The notes under the pieces are model-generated. The model saw only the letters and a list, made by a program, of their open reading frames with translations, made no database searches and was not told the DNA's origin. A program made the position numbers and the translations under genes. A stretch of 63,916 nucleotides of DNA, counting the filler, from Asterionella formosa (taxonomy: Eukaryota): NCBI GenBank assembly GCA_002256025.1. It is 21 parts of 21 records of this genome, joined end to end, with 100 filler letters (N's around TTAATTAATTAA, not from the genome) between each part and the next. Parts side by side here need not be neighbours in the genome. Positions count along the whole stretch, not along the records: positions 1 to 19,509 come from NKIB01003653.1; 20 more parts are not named here. One strand, given 5' to 3'. Below, piece after piece: positions 1-12,647 of this stretch (position 1 is its first letter; each line of letters starts with the position of its first letter).

Positions 1-137
1 TGCCTCTCCACTTACATGACCCAAGCTAGCCTTAAATGATTTCGATGAAGCAACAACACAACCTTAAATAGCTAGGTTACTAGGCCTATTAGGGTCGGTC
101 ATCAAGAGCAAATATAACTTGCGATATTCTTAAGAGA

Positions 138-2075
138 CTAGTAGGCTGCAGCAATGCGAGCAGAGACGAACCTTTCAAATTCCTGGCAAGCTCCAAGCAA
201 ACCGGAGGTGGAGGAGTCCGCAATAACAGTATCTCCATCCACAAAGCGAACCGTCATGTTGAGGTCTATATCGTCGCTATCACAGGATTCCTCATTGATG
301 GCAGCCTCGTACTCTTCTTTCGCTCGAGTGATTTTGTCTTCCATAGGCTCTTTGAGAGCGTCCGTCCAATAATCGCCAGTAAGTTCTGCTCCAGTCAACT
401 CCTGCACAATCTCGAGGAATGGACGAGAATTACCGCACTCCCAGTAGGCTTTGGTAAGCGTGGGTCCAACATGAGGGTTGTCCACAATGTATCCGTACTT
501 GGATTTGAAGAAGGCTCGAGTCTGGTAAACACTCATCTCTGCCAAAGTGTAGCCCTGGTAGTAGCAACTAGCTTCGTCGCTGACAATATGAGGGATACTT
601 AATAATGGACGAGCGCTAAAGCCACCCTGAATTTTCAACTCCACTTTGTCTGCCAATATTTCAATATTTTCAGCAGTGACTTCATCTTCAGGTAACTCGT
701 AGAGCGCCTTTTCAAAGTAAGAGACAGACAACATGGAACGAAGCTGCAAGACTGAAAAAGCGTGAGTAGCCCGGATTTCCTCTTCAATAATGGAAAATGG
801 AATGGGGTTCCCTTCAATATCCAATGCATACTTTGCACGCCAGGCAGCATCACTGACAAGGGAGTCCAAAAACATGCTCTGATTTTCGGCATATGCAACA
901 GAAGTTGGAGCTCGCTCCTGACTGAACAAGGGCGATGGTTGTTGTACGTTCGCCATGTGAGCCGCGTGTCCTGCTTCGTGCATCAAGGTTTGAAGCGCAG
1001 TGAGGCCTGATCCCACAGCCTTGGGGTCTGCCAAGGATGTAAAGTTTGTGACCGATGGTTGCCACGTGCCATCGGGCTTTCTCCAGGCCGGGACAGGCCA
1101 ATGACAAAATCCATTGGAGTATTTCTTTGGTCTATCGAGCAGGTCCAAGTTCATGATGGCCCCTTGGTACTGAATCCCCAATTTATGGTAGGATCGCATG
1201 TAGCGTTCAACTGATTTGCTGAAGGGAAAGTAGGGATCCATCTTCTTCACGATACTGCCTTTCATCATGTATCCAGTGTTCCAAGGATCCAAAGCTGCCT
1301 TTCCAAAGCGACGCTCCAACTCCTTCAGTCCTTCTTCCATCAATGGACGGGTTCCTCTTTCCAAGCCATCCAATATCTCAAAAAGTTTGTCTTTGGAAAA
1401 GCCTTCGGCATTGGTCACTTTGTAATCATAGTAATCCACGTACCCGAGAGACTTGGCCATATTATTGCGTAGCTTGACAATCTCCACAAACCCATTGTCA
1501 CAAACAAATGGCCCAATGGTTCGCAGACCTTCGTATGCTTGTTTTCGAATAGCTTCGTCCGTCGCCGTCGAGATGAGGTTGCGGAGGGCCACGCTAGAAG
1601 CAGCTTGAAATCGTCCCTCATCATCCGTGTATCCCAGCTTCATTTGATTGCGGTTAATCTCCAAAAGACTCTCCATCTTGCTCGTTTCTTCTCTGATCGC
1701 CTTTGCCTCCGGCGTCAAGTCATTGCATTGACAGGTGCGGATAATAATGTCCAAAGTCTTGCGAAGATCTTCTGGCGCGTCGATCTTGTCACGGAAGTCC
1801 CTCGCCTTGGACAACGTTGCAGGGTCTCCAAGCAAGTCTTCCATTTCTTTCTTCGTTGACGAAAGATTGTCGGCGTTGAACTTGACGTCGCCGCGATCCG
1901 CCAAGGCCATTTTGGTCCCCCAGAACTGCTCCTCAAAGGCGTGATGTTTGGCTGCATATTCTTCGTTGAAGCGGTTGACAAAGGCTTGAGCAGCAGCGGA
2001 CACGTCTGTAGGGCTTGAACTAGTAGTGGCGAATTCACTCATGATGGAACTGATTGTGATGAATCTTCGAAGCAT
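138..2075 (-). CDS. M3-family zinc oligopeptidase (thimet/oligopeptidase-like)
   Basis: Intronless ORF with HEAGH (HEXXH) zinc motif, downstream E (YAENQS) and YSNGFCHW segment. Likely starts are ATG 2075 (MLRRF) or ATG 2042 (MSEF). Confidence 0.9.
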   Translation of the reverse strand: MLRRFITISSIMSEFATTSSSPTDVSAAAQAFVNRFNEEYAAKHHAFEEQFWGTKMALADRGDVKFNADNLSSTKKEMEDLLGDPATLSKARDFRDKIDAPEDLRKTLDIIIRTCQCNDLTPEAKAIREETSKMESLLEINRNQMKLGYTDDEGRFQAASSVALRNLISTATDEAIRKQAYEGLRTIGPFVCDNGFVEIVKLRNNMAKSLGYVDYYDYKVTNAEGFSKDKLFEILDGLERGTRPLMEEGLKELERRFGKAALDPWNTGYMMKGSIVKKMDPYFPFSKSVERYMRSYHKLGIQYQGAIMNLDLLDRPKKYSNGFCHWPVPAWRKPDGTWQPSVTNFTSLADPKAVGSGLTALQTLMHEAGHAAHMANVQQPSPLFSQERAPTSVAYAENQSMFLDSLVSDAAWRAKYALDIEGNPIPFSIIEEEIRATHAFSVLQLRSMLSVSYFEKALYELPEDEVTAENIEILADKVELKIQGGFSARPLLSIPHIVSDEASCYYQGYTLAEMSVYQTRAFFKSKYGYIVDNPHVGPTLTKAYWECGNSRPFLEIVQELTGAELTGDYWTDALKEPMEDKITRAKEEYEAAINEESCDSDDIDLNMTVRFVDGDTVIADSSTSGLLGACQEFERFVSARIAAAY

Positions 2076-2519
2076 AAAGAAGCGGGAATAGAACAGAATG
2101 AATATGGTAACAGGAAGATTTATGTGAGAAAAGGAAGAAGCTGACAAAAGCAAGACTCCTCAGCAGACACTACCACGTACAAGGTAATGGTGCCAAAATT
2201 ATATGTACAATGATTTGCTAACAACAACAATGATAACATTGGCTGGCGGGTGATGCCAGATCACGTACGATAAATAAAGAAATGAAATACCGCTACCGAT
2301 ACCTGTATTCAAGATTGCCTTCTATTTGTAATTTCCTATATAATAGGAATACGGACAGTGTCAATCGATATACATATGTTGTATGGTACCAGGGTACCTT
2401 AGTTAATTATGATGGCGGCATTATATTTTATATTGACATATTTGTCCATTATTCCTTCGCGTTCAGTGTATTACAATAGCTACCGCCAGTAATTACCGAA
2501 TCAACCGTCAGGAGTTAGT

Positions 2520-2903
2520 ATGAACGCACCAGAACGATCGGCTTCCTTCTTATTGGATGAGGATTCGGGTGAAGTAAAAGTGACACACACAGCCGATACA
2601 AAGGTTTCCAACGCCGGCACCTTTCGATTCAACAAGGAAGATCATACCGTTGGAAATCTTCTTCGAATGCAGCTTCTGCGTGACCCGTCTGTCCGATTTG
2701 CTGGTTACATTCATCCACACCCACTTCTTCATTATATTGATTTGAAGATTCAGACCAACTCAAGTACTGTTGCTCCAGTGGAAGTCCTTAGTTCAGCTAT
2801 CGAAGACTTGGCGAACGAAACAGATCATCTCATTACGCAAGTTCAAGAAGCGATTGAGAACTGGAGGAAAGATAACGAACAAGGCGTTATGGGACAATTC
2901 TAG
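2520..2903 (+). CDS. RPB11: RNA polymerase II subunit RPB11
   Basis: MNAPER start and the signature NKEDHTVGNLLRMQLL...FAGYIHPHPL. Confidence 0.95.
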   Translation: MNAPERSASFLLDEDSGEVKVTHTADTKVSNAGTFRFNKEDHTVGNLLRMQLLRDPSVRFAGYIHPHPLLHYIDLKIQTNSSTVAPVEVLSSAIEDLANETDHLITQVQEAIENWRKDNEQGVMGQF

Positions 2904-3060
2904 ACAAATAATAGTAGTAGCAACATCAAATCGGTCACTTTTGAAAGTATACCCAACACCATTTTTTATTGTTTACTTCCCCCAAGAAAGCCACGTTGCG
3001 AACATGCACCTAGATAGGGGTAGATCACAACCTGCAACACCAGTATGTAGTCCACATCGC

Positions 3061-4244
3061 TTACTTCCACAACCATAGAGCTGTGTTGTTACTGCACGAT
3101 GCCAGCATTGTGTATTTCGGGTTGGCAGCAATGCAAGTCACTGGATCTTGATGCCCTTCAAGCCTCTTGACCAAGATACCACTGTCCACGTTCCAGCAAC
3201 TTATTGATCCGTCTTCGTTTCCTGTCAACACGTACTTGTCGTCAGGCGTGAAGCAGCTACACAACGCAGATTGCTCAGAGAAAGTTCGCTTCACCGTCCC
3301 GTCAAATCCATCCAACGTTAATGTCAATCCCTGAGCTCCACTAATTAATATTTGGTTCCCAGATGCATTGAAGGTCATATTAGTCCATGGAGTTTGCGCT
3401 TTGGCAGGAGTCAAAACGTTGTTGAGAGCATTCTGGTCCACTTTCATTTCGGCAAATGCGCCGCTCGAGAAGTTTCTAGCGTCGTACAAGTGTATATAGT
3501 GGCCTTGGCCGTCAGCCATGGACGCCGTAACTCCAAAGACAAGACCTGTTGAGTCAAAAGCAGCCAAAGGAGTTCCAATCGCCTCTGCCGGAAGTTCCAA
3601 TTGCGCCAAACATCCCGCCTGTTGCAAGTTCCATAATCTAGAAAATGAAAAAAAGTCACGCCGTTTTAGTCCACTATGGTCATTTTATCAAACATTGCAA
3701 CTATTACTCATCACAGAAAAGGAAAGGAAAGGAAACTGAAGATGACAGCCTCCTCGTGTCGATACACTCACCTCACGGTTCGATCTTTACTGGAAGTAAG
3801 GAAGCAATCATCTGCTGGTGATAAACTAATCTTGGCAATTTCATCGGTGTGACCCCTGAATTTTCTCAATATTTTGTTGTCATGCACACTCAAGTAGTTG
3901 ATAGCATTCTGGTGTGTTCTAGGCTGACCAGTAGTACCTTTCCCAGCAAACATGACGCAATGCGAATGGTGCCTGTTTCATAATAAGCAACGTTTATATT
4001 AATACGGTAAATACAAACAGGGTCAGTACAAATTAGTCAGGAAGGGCAACAAGATGGCATTTACATGTACATGTATGAACTCGACACTCAAACTCACGTG
4101 GGCTCGACCAGATAAACTCCCTCCCTCTCGCAACGAATCGCAGGTTGTTCTGAAAGTCCCTTTTGACAATCAATCACTCGAAGGCGACTATCGGCTTCGG
4201 AAGCCACAAACAAATGAACACCATCCGCGTGGAAGCATGCCGAT
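3061..4244 (-). CDS. SWD2: WD40 protein, COMPASS component SWD2/WDR82-like (5' end lies in N-gap)
   Basis: Exons 4244-4098, 3972-3772 and 3637-3061 joined by GT-AG introns. Protein includes YLSVHDNKILRKFRGH, DDCFLTSSKDRTVRLWNL and IHLYDARNFSSGAF. Confidence 0.88.
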
Positions 4245-5256
4245 NNNNNNNNNNNNNNNNNNNNNNNNNNNNNNNNNNNNNNNNNNNNNNNNNNNNNNNN
4301 NNNNNNNNNNNNNNNNNNNNNNNNNNNNNNNNNNNNNNNNNNNNNNNNNNNNNNNNNNNNNNNNNNNNNNNNNNNNNNNNNNNNNNNNNNNNNNNNNNNN
4401 NNNNNNNNNNNNNNNNNNNNNNNNNNNNNNNNNNNNNNNNNNNNNNNNNNNNNNNNNNNNNNNNNNNNNNNNNNNNNNNNNNNNNNNNNNNNNNNNNNNN
4501 NNNNNNNNNNNNNNNNNNNNNNNNNNNNNNNNNNNNNNNNNNNNNNNNNNNNNNNNNNNNNNNNNNNNNNNNNNNNNNNNNNNNNNNNNNNNNNNNNNNN
4601 NNNNNNNNNNNNNNNNNNNNNNNNNNNNNNNNNNNNNNNNNNNNNNNNNNNNNNNNNNNNNNNNNNNNNNNNNNNNNNNNNNNNNNNNNNNNNNNNNNNN
4701 NNNNNNNNNNNNNNNNNNNNNNNNNNNNNNNNNNNNNNNNNNNNNNNNNNNNNNNNNNNNNNNNNNNNNNNNNNNNNNNNNNNNNNNNNNNNNNNNNNNN
4801 NNNNNNNNNNNNNNNNNNNNNNNNNNNNNNNNNNNNNNNNNNNNNNNNNNNNNNNNNNNNNNNNNNNNNNNNNNNNNNNNNNNNNNNNNNNNNNNNNNNN
4901 NNNNNNNNNNNNNNNNNNNNNNNNNNNNNNNNNNNNNNNNNNNNNNNNNNNNNNNNNNNNNNNNNNNNNNNNNNNNNNNNNNNNNNNNNNNNNNNNNNNN
5001 NNNNNNNNNNNNNNNNNNNNNNNNNNNNNNNNNNNNNNNNNNNNNNNNNNNNNNNNNNNNNNNNNNNNNNNNNNNNNNNNNNNNNNNNNNNNNNNNNNNN
5101 NNNNNNNNNNNNNNNNNNNNNNNNNNNNNNNNNNNNNNNNNNNNNNNNNNNNNNNNNNNNNNNNNNNNNNNNNNNNNNNNNNNNGCTTTTGAAGAAAAGC
5201 AAGAATCGAGTCAGCCACTGCGCAAAAAAAGTTTTTCTCATGCCTATTGCTCGACT

Positions 5257-5687
5257 TTAGTAATATCGTCTCCTCGAATCCAGGCGGTCCCGTCGAAAGC
5301 CATCATAAATGCCCATGACCAAACCCGATGCGAGTGCCCCACAAATGTACCTCACCAATAACTCGTGATGAATCATAGGATATTCCTTGTCCCAATTCCG
5401 AAGATCACTACGGATATCCATTTCTCTGGATGTACGATCTGCTGATTGTTCCATGGTCCTCCATCCCTTGATCAACCAATTCGATTCCCCTGCGCCACGT
5501 CCTGGCGTTACCACGTCAAGGAAAATCTTGATAGCCTTGTCCACAACTTTGGCGGGTTCCACCTGATGGATACATTGTTTGTGGGTACTATAATATGTAA
5601 CATCATGTTGGAATTTTCTAGCAAATGTATGCTTACCTTGTAAAAGCCAAATGCAAAGGCAATCTGTCCAAGTATCCACCTGTCCAT
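5257..5687 (-). CDS. small hypothetical protein (~118 aa) with C-terminal hydrophobic segment
   Basis: ATG 5687; a GTAAGC..CAG intron at 5636-5563 joins MDRWILGQIAFAFGFYK in frame to VEPAKVV...YICGALASGLVMGIYDGFRRDRLDSRRRYY*. Confidence 0.55.
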
Positions 5688-6243
5688 GTTGGAAATACTT
5701 TTTGAATTAGCGATAAATTGAACGTTTTCTTTCCTTGTTCTCTCAATGAAACTGCGCTTGACGAAAATGAGATGTGTCAACGATTAAAAGGCGAATGATG
5801 GGCAAGGAAGAGGGTGACACAATATGTATATGACGGTAGTTGTTTGTATTCAACAAATGGGAGTGACCACAAGAGAAAGATACATAAAAATTCTCGTCGT
5901 GCTTTTTTTCATTTTTCTTGTTAGTTATATATCATATGATACCACCGTATGATACCAGGTACCAGTACCGGGTATAGGAATTGTACATCATGTGTAAAGT
6001 AAAAAGTGATTCACCGTGTGCCGGTAGTGTCTACCGGTATGTACAAAGCTGATGGGAAGCACAAGAAGCGATTTGTTACCAGATGTACTGGTACCTGGTA
6101 CCATACTGTATTGAGAAACAGTCAGGACAATGATCACCATCAGGTCGCCATCATAACGACCTCCCCTTTTCCAACTTCATAGTGTAGCACCATTATCACG
6201 ACAAACCAGTTCTATTGTTATTTCCACACACTCTAACGCAATA

Positions 6244-6550
6244 ATGTTGACAGAAGAAGAAAAACTGGACGCCGAAAAAATAGCCAGAGCCAAGGCTGCC
6301 GGACGGGATGGGCGCCTATCCTTTCGTAATTTTGCTGAATCTCAAATCAGGCGTGAATTCAAAGATGCAGCGGTTGATGTTTGCAATCCATACATTCGAG
6401 AGTTTGCTGAGTGTGCACAAGATCAAGGCTTGATGGTTGTGTTTAACTGCCAAGGCAAAAGGAAGGCCATCAACGACTGCATGGCCATCCATAATAGCGA
6501 TGAAGCCTTTCAGAAGTACCTGCTGGCAAACCCAGATGAAGTAGCTAGCA
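6244..6550 (+). CDS. CMC1: twin CX9C mitochondrial COX assembly protein, CMC1-like (3' end in gap)
   Basis: C-NPYIREFAE-C ... GLMVVFN-C-QGKRKAIND-C twin CX9C pattern. Confidence 0.8.
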
Positions 6551-6970
6551 NNNNNNNNNNNNNNNNNNNNNNNNNNNNNNNNNNNNNNNNNNNNNNNNNN
6601 NNNNNNNNNNNNNNNNNNNNNNNNNNNNNNNNNNNNNNNNNNNNNNNNNNNNNNNNNNNNNNNNNNNNNNNNNNNNNNNNNNNNNNNNNNNNNNNNNNNN
6701 NNNNNNNNNNNNNNNNNNNNNNNNNNNNNNNNNNNNNNNNNNNNNNNNNNNNNNNNNNNNNNNNNNNNNNNNNNNNNNNNNNNNNNNNNNNNNNNNNNNN
6801 NNNNNNNNNNNNNNNNNNNNNNNNNNNNNNNNNNNNNNNNNNNNNNNNNNNNNNNNNNNNNNNNNNNNNNNNNNNNNNNNNNNNNNNNNNNNNNNNNNNN
6901 NNNNNNNNNNNNNNNNNNNNNNNNNNNNNNNNNNNNNNNNNNNNNNNNNNNNNNNNNNNNNNNNNNNNNN

Positions 6971-7898
6971 TGAATGGATCTCGCGTAGTCAAGCATCGCG
7001 GTTCCGCTTTCAAGAGCGCCTTGACTCCACCCTCCCATGTTCGATTTGTTTCAAGAGCCAGATGCAAGGGAAGTCGACCACTGATATCCGGAAAACAGGC
7101 TGCTTGGGGAAATATATCAAGCAATATTGTTAATGATAGCCAATCCATCTCCTCGTCGATTCCAGATGATGATGCACATAGAGATAGAGGAACTCGGCCA
7201 TTCCTATCCCTGACAGAAAGGTCTTCCTTGTAAATCATGGCGGCGAAGCGTAGGAATGAAGTCGGACAAGGCGTACTCGCAATTGCGTGCAGTTCTCGCT
7301 CTTGGTCTGAAGCACTCTTCACTAGTAACATGATTCGCTTCCATTGAGGCGAGCTTATAACTCGCTCCCTTCCAAAACAACCATGAATATGTAATAATGT
7401 GTCATCGTGTCTATCCCAAAGCAAAGAAACAGGAGAATTCCCTTTCATGTCGACTGTGAAACCTCCAGTGGGGTTAGCTATTAGAAGTGACTTCAAAATC
7501 TCCATCGGCAACGCCAGTCTTACAGCCCAATGCAGCGCCAATTCACCTTCGTCATTCCTCCCAGAAGCCAAGTCCGGAGAGGCAAATAACATCGCCTCGA
7601 CAACGTTTGCGGGGGCCCTGAAAAGGCAAGCGTGATGCAATGCGCTTTGACCTTCTCGGTCTACTAGCTCCGTGACCTGATCTGGTTCAAAGGCAATCCA
7701 ACTTAGTACTCGTTTCCATTTGCGAACCGCAATGGGCTCAAGGTGGTCGGGGGTCAAACCACCTCGTCGGCGAAGGACGGGTGCATGGGAATCTACGGAT
7801 TTTGGAAAAGTATAGCTTTGGTCGTCCAGGAGGGAAAATATCTGCGAATCAACAAGATTCGCCATGCTGCTGTTGTTGCTTATTTCTGAAGTGGACAT
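6971..7898 (-). CDS. ankyrin-like repeat protein (3' end in gap)
   Basis: Repeated G-x-x-(A/P)LH motifs: GQSALHHAC, GELALHWAV, GRVPLSLCA, GRLPLHLAL. Confidence 0.8.
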
Positions 7899-9164
7899 TT
7901 TGTCAGGACTACAGAATATTGAGTGGTCAATCGCAAAAGGCACGCGGCACAGTCAACGAACGTAACTCTGACTCGTACTTTCCTCACTATTCGCTGTCCA
8001 CCGCGAGCTAGATATAGATGAAAGTGAGGACTTGACCAGCCAGCCAGTGGAGAACCAGTAGATTAGCGTCGGTTTGGTTGCTTCAGATGATTTCGATAAT
8101 AACTGTATCCAGCAAGGATTTGTTCGGTTGCTTCCATTTAACTAGTAGTACAGGCAATGCATCCCGGATTTGTAATAAAATATTTGCACGAATATTTATG
8201 CCTTGTTCACAACAGTGGCTATTTTATTTTCATTCCTTGCTTTGTTCNNNNNNNNNNNNNNNNNNNNNNNNNNNNNNNNNNNNNNNNNNNNNNNNNNNNN
8301 NNNNNNNNNNNNNNNNNNNNNNNNNNNNNNNNNNNNNNNNNNNNNNNNNNNNNNNNNNNNNNNNNNNNNNNNNNNNNNNNNNNNNNNNNNNNNNNNNNNN
8401 NNNNNNNNNNNNNNNNNNNNNNNNNNNNNNNNNNNNNNNNNNNNNNNNNNNNNNNNNNNNNNNNNNNNNNNNNNNNNNNNNNNNNNNNNNNNNNNNNNNN
8501 NNNNNNNNNNNNNNNNNNNNNNNNNNNNNNNNNNNNNNNNNNNNNNNNNNNNNNNNNNNNNNNNNNNNNNNNNNNNNNNNNNNNNNNNNNNNNNNNNNNN
8601 NNNNNNNNNNNNNNNNNNNNNNNNNNNNNNNNNNNNNNNNNNNNNNNNNNNNNNNNNNNNNNNNCATGGCAATATGGTAGATGTGTTAAACGCATCCTTG
8701 TGCTCCTTCCCAACTGTGATGGGTATCCTTTACGTGGAAATCAGGTACTTACTTGCTAGTTGTAATCACTAGCACCACTTATTGTTAGCCTTCCTGCTAT
8801 CATAGATAAACTAATTGACTTTTCTGTCAATTAGCTAACACCTGTTTTTCAATTTCTGACCTATGCTTATTGTTTCCTTCACATGCATCTTTTGCTTATC
8901 ACAAGACATTTTTAGTGTCTCTTCGGATATCTAATTAACAGCTGGAATGTGATCTCTATCTTTCTCTATAGAAGTTGTCAATGTTCGATCTTGTTAGCCA
9001 GCTGATTGGCATGACATCAGTTGATTCAGAAGCAGTAGTAGTATATGGATCACAATTGGGGTTTGAAAATAGAACATTTGACAATTGAGCAAGGTTTAAG
9101 AGCATCAGAAAATTTTCCGATTCATAAATACAGCACAAAGGATAAAACCTCTAAAATAACGTTT

Positions 9165-9760
9165 AAGAAAGAGCCAATTTGAGTCAGGATTAACAGAACA
9201 TCTACAGATGAATCCAGTACTTTCAGTAACATATCTGACACCTTCATGGATTAACAATATGAGAAAGGTTTTTAGGACCCATCAATTGAGAGTGGAAATC
9301 AGCAATCTGTAGAGCCCAGACCTGCAGTGCCAAAATGATTCCATAATTATGCAAATCATGGCAGAAAAGGACTGAGCAAGAAAGGACAAAATATTACGTA
9401 TAAAATAAGTGCTGGATGTATTAACAAGTTTCCTCAGTAGCGGATGTTGCAACAGCCGATGGTAGAAGACAATGACCAGATAACTTGCATGCAAAAGAAT
9501 TCCCAGACGGGTGACAAGGTGGGAATGGCCAACCCAACAAGAGGATATTTTACTAATAATGGATCCAAAGGGATGCTTATTCAATGACAACAATTGGGAA
9601 AATGGATTACACCCCTTGAGCAAGACTGGTTGACATAGATCCAGCTGGCTGGTGGAGGAAAGAAAGTTACTATGGGAATTCCACAGAGAGAAGCAAAGGT
9701 ACATGCTGAAGAGGTTATATTTATGAACAAATCAACATCAAAAAGAATCGATCCAAGAAC
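9165..9760 (+). mobile_element. degenerate non-LTR retrotransposon fragment (post-RT region, Ambal-like)
   Basis: Manual translation across stops and frameshifts gives QFESGLTEHL..YLTPSWINNMRKVF..L*SPDLQCQNDSIIM..NKCWMY*QVSSVADVATADG..WEWPTQ. This resembles the conserved region C-terminal to RT in diatom non-LTR elements. Confidence 0.6.
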
Positions 9761-10516
9761 AATGCTGTGAAAATTTTTACACCTCCTTTCCTATCAAGAA
9801 GTGAACCCCACCAAAATTCCGTTGCCCTTCTAGTAGCTTGATGGAACCTACTAGCTAGTAGCTCCTATATGGGCCATAGAACACAAAGGCTGCGACTCTA
9901 GAAATTGCCTAGTAAGAATTCACAATAAAAACGATGTATGTATATACTACCGGTATCTAACATCATTGTTACTAGCTAGGTGTAGTCATAAATCCTGGTT
10001 ACTAAGATAGAATTGTTCCTATGCCTAGTGACATTTTCAACAAGAACGATCAGCCACACATCAAATAATTATTTTGTACATACAGAGTAAAAAATATTAA
10101 GTGGATGTTGTCATGATCGCTCCAACTCTATTTACCGAAATTCGGAATTTGAGCGGACGCGTTCTTCTTTAGAAGAACGCACGCTTCTCAAAAGAATGGA
10201 TTTCTCAAAAGAACGACGCCAACGAACGCAAGATTTATGAGAAGCGAAGCGAAATCTGTGCAAACGATTCATAACAGCTATTTTACACGTAGCGTAGAAG
10301 TACCGGTACGGAGTTTCATGTTCCACCCATGTATGTTGACGATGACAACTGGGTGTATAATTACATTGTTTCTGTTTTTATTGGCCGGGAGGTGCAGCAC
10401 TGGATGACTATCCTTGTCAGACCCGTCACTATCGGGTACAAGTAACGAAGGCAAGAAGAAGCTTACAAAATTATTAAATCTATAGGCGTTGAGACTGCTA
10501 AGAAAGAAAAAACATA

Positions 10517-11995
10517 ATGAGCGCCGAGGCAAAAGAAATTACATATTCAGGAAGTGTCCCCTCCTGCTTCTGATGCCGATGATCCCCCCTAAACAATAAC
10601 CAAGTCCTACCTATCAAAGCTCTATAAACGATTTTTTACAATCTATTTCGCAAATGAGTTCATGATCTTGGCCATATTGGCAATCATGCTCGCCAAAGCT
10701 TACCCTCCTTTGGGTGCCAAGTACCTAGAGCCGAAAATAAGCCTCATGGATTGCTGTAATCTTTACCTTTTGTAAGTTTTGACACAGTTGATTGCAATTC
10801 ATGGAAACCCTCATTCAAAGTACGTTGTGTGGAGATTCATGTTCATTGACAACTCACTCGTAGGCCCTTCTTGCCTCTAAAATGCTGGCTGGGATAGCTC
10901 TGAGGACTGATAAATTTGCCAAAGCCTTTGTGAAAGTTTATTTAAATCTTCTATTTGTTCAGGTTTTCAACTTTGGCGTCGTTTTATCAATGGTATTCGG
11001 ATTTTCTCGTTTAATGATTGCGATCGGAGCTATTTCGAAGGCTCTAGGAGATGGAATGACAATTTGTGGTTTTCTTTCAATCAAAGTGAACGTGTGTGTG
11101 GTGATGACCATTGGGGCAGGTGGAGGTGAGGCATCAATTTATAATTTCTTTAGTTATGGACATAGCTAGTAGTCATATTTTTCAGACACCTTGCTTTTGA
11201 AGGAATTGTCGCTCACTTTGTTCCCTGGATATCCCAACAGACGCAGCTGCTGCTATCTTTAATGCTACCTTCGGAAACATTGTTAGACTTTTCTTAACTC
11301 CATTTTTAATCCTTGACTATATTGGGTCGTCGGGAGGAGTTCCTATTGGCAAAACGATCTACACGCTTGCAATTCGAGTTTTACTTCCTCTTTTCATTGG
11401 TCAGGTGGTGAGAAGGACTTCAACTCGTCTTATTGCCTTTGTCAAAAAGTACCAATTCTACATTGACAAGGCGATTGAGTACACCCTTGTTTTCATTATT
11501 TACACCTGCTCATTTTGCACAACATTTGCGAAAAGTAAACACAATACCAATTTTGGTGATTTATGTTTTCTAGTTTTGTTTCAATTCAATCTTCTTTGCA
11601 TTGCCATGGTCTTGGCGTGGACCCTACTACAGGCACTGTTTCCTCGGGACCCAAAGCTCCGTTTGATGGGACTTTTTGGATGTACTGAGAAAACACTGAT
11701 GGTGGGTCTCCCTCGTCTTATCAGTGCAATTTATGCTGGCAATCATAACCTTGGACTGTACACTTTGCCCCTCTTGATTTGGTAAACCTTGAAATTTATC
11801 CTTGGAGCAGATCTTGCTCCCAGGCTCAAGGCCTTTGTGGAGGCTGAGACTAATAGGTTAGGCACTGTCAATGAGAATCCTGAGGCTGCAGATGTAGAAG
11901 CAGTCATTGAGATTCCAGGGGCTGTAGAACCAGCGGGCTTGGAAGGCGAAGCTGCACAAGCAATTGATGCTGAGAAACTTATTACTAAAGCATAG
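10517..11995 (+). pseudogene. SLC10A7/SBF-like sodium:bile-acid symporter family pseudogene
   Basis: Motifs AKAYPPLGAKYL, VQVFNFGV, AGGDAAAAIFNA, LMGLFGC and LYTLPLLIW. Frameshift near 10740 (KI-A-SWIAVIF), early frameshift/stop after ATG 10517, and in-frame TAA at 11783-11785 before the last helix. Confidence 0.8.
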
Positions 11996-12647
11996 ATTTT
12001 CCTTTTATAGAAAATCTGAATGTTGAATGTTGAAAATCTGAAGCTTGCGTTTGAACCATATATATGAATACATACTCTAATATTTTGGCTGTGTCAGTGC
12101 TATTAGTGTGGTAGTTCCACATTTAAAAATAATGGTTATGCTCATCACCTTGCATCTCCATCTGGGGGATTGTTCGGCGAGAGTATCCGTAAGTTCTATG
12201 TGTTGAGCATTAACTAGATTATCAAGTATCAGCAAGCTAGCGAGAAACATGGAATCATCTTCGCGAGGACAACCTTCCCCTTGAAGCAACACTATTTTCG
12301 CAACATATAAGACTAGCAATGAAAAAATATCGTGGCAAACAGGGAGCAATGTAAACGAAATCCTTTCGATTCAGGACTACCTAACAATACTGCACGACAC
12401 TCATTTTTCAAATAGGTTCTTGAAGGGCTGGACGGATATTTCGAGTACTCGACTTTACCAGTCCCATCTGGTGGTCTCATACCCAAGGTAAGATCAGCTG
12501 TTTACAAGTGACCTCTATGAGAACACAACAGACATTTATAAAGGACGACTGTAAAAAGTTTTTTCTTAAATAGAAATAGATCACAAAGACAGGTAGCTGT
12601 TTGATCTAATTGATACAATTTGACTCCCAAAACTCACTCTCTGCCTT

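Noticed and set aside
2520..4244. RPB11 and SWD2 adjacency as a Pol II functional cluster
   Set aside because: A convergent pair of housekeeping genes with no evidence beyond chance.
4054..5361. Long poly-X ORFs spanning N-gaps (also 8078-8772, 15735-16448, 33186-34513)
   Set aside because: Artefacts of translating Ns.
10159..10180. Inverted repeat GCGTTCTTCT-TT-AGAAGAACGC
   Set aside because: An isolated hairpin. The spacing does not match nGAAn heat-shock elements, and there is no second copy in the window.
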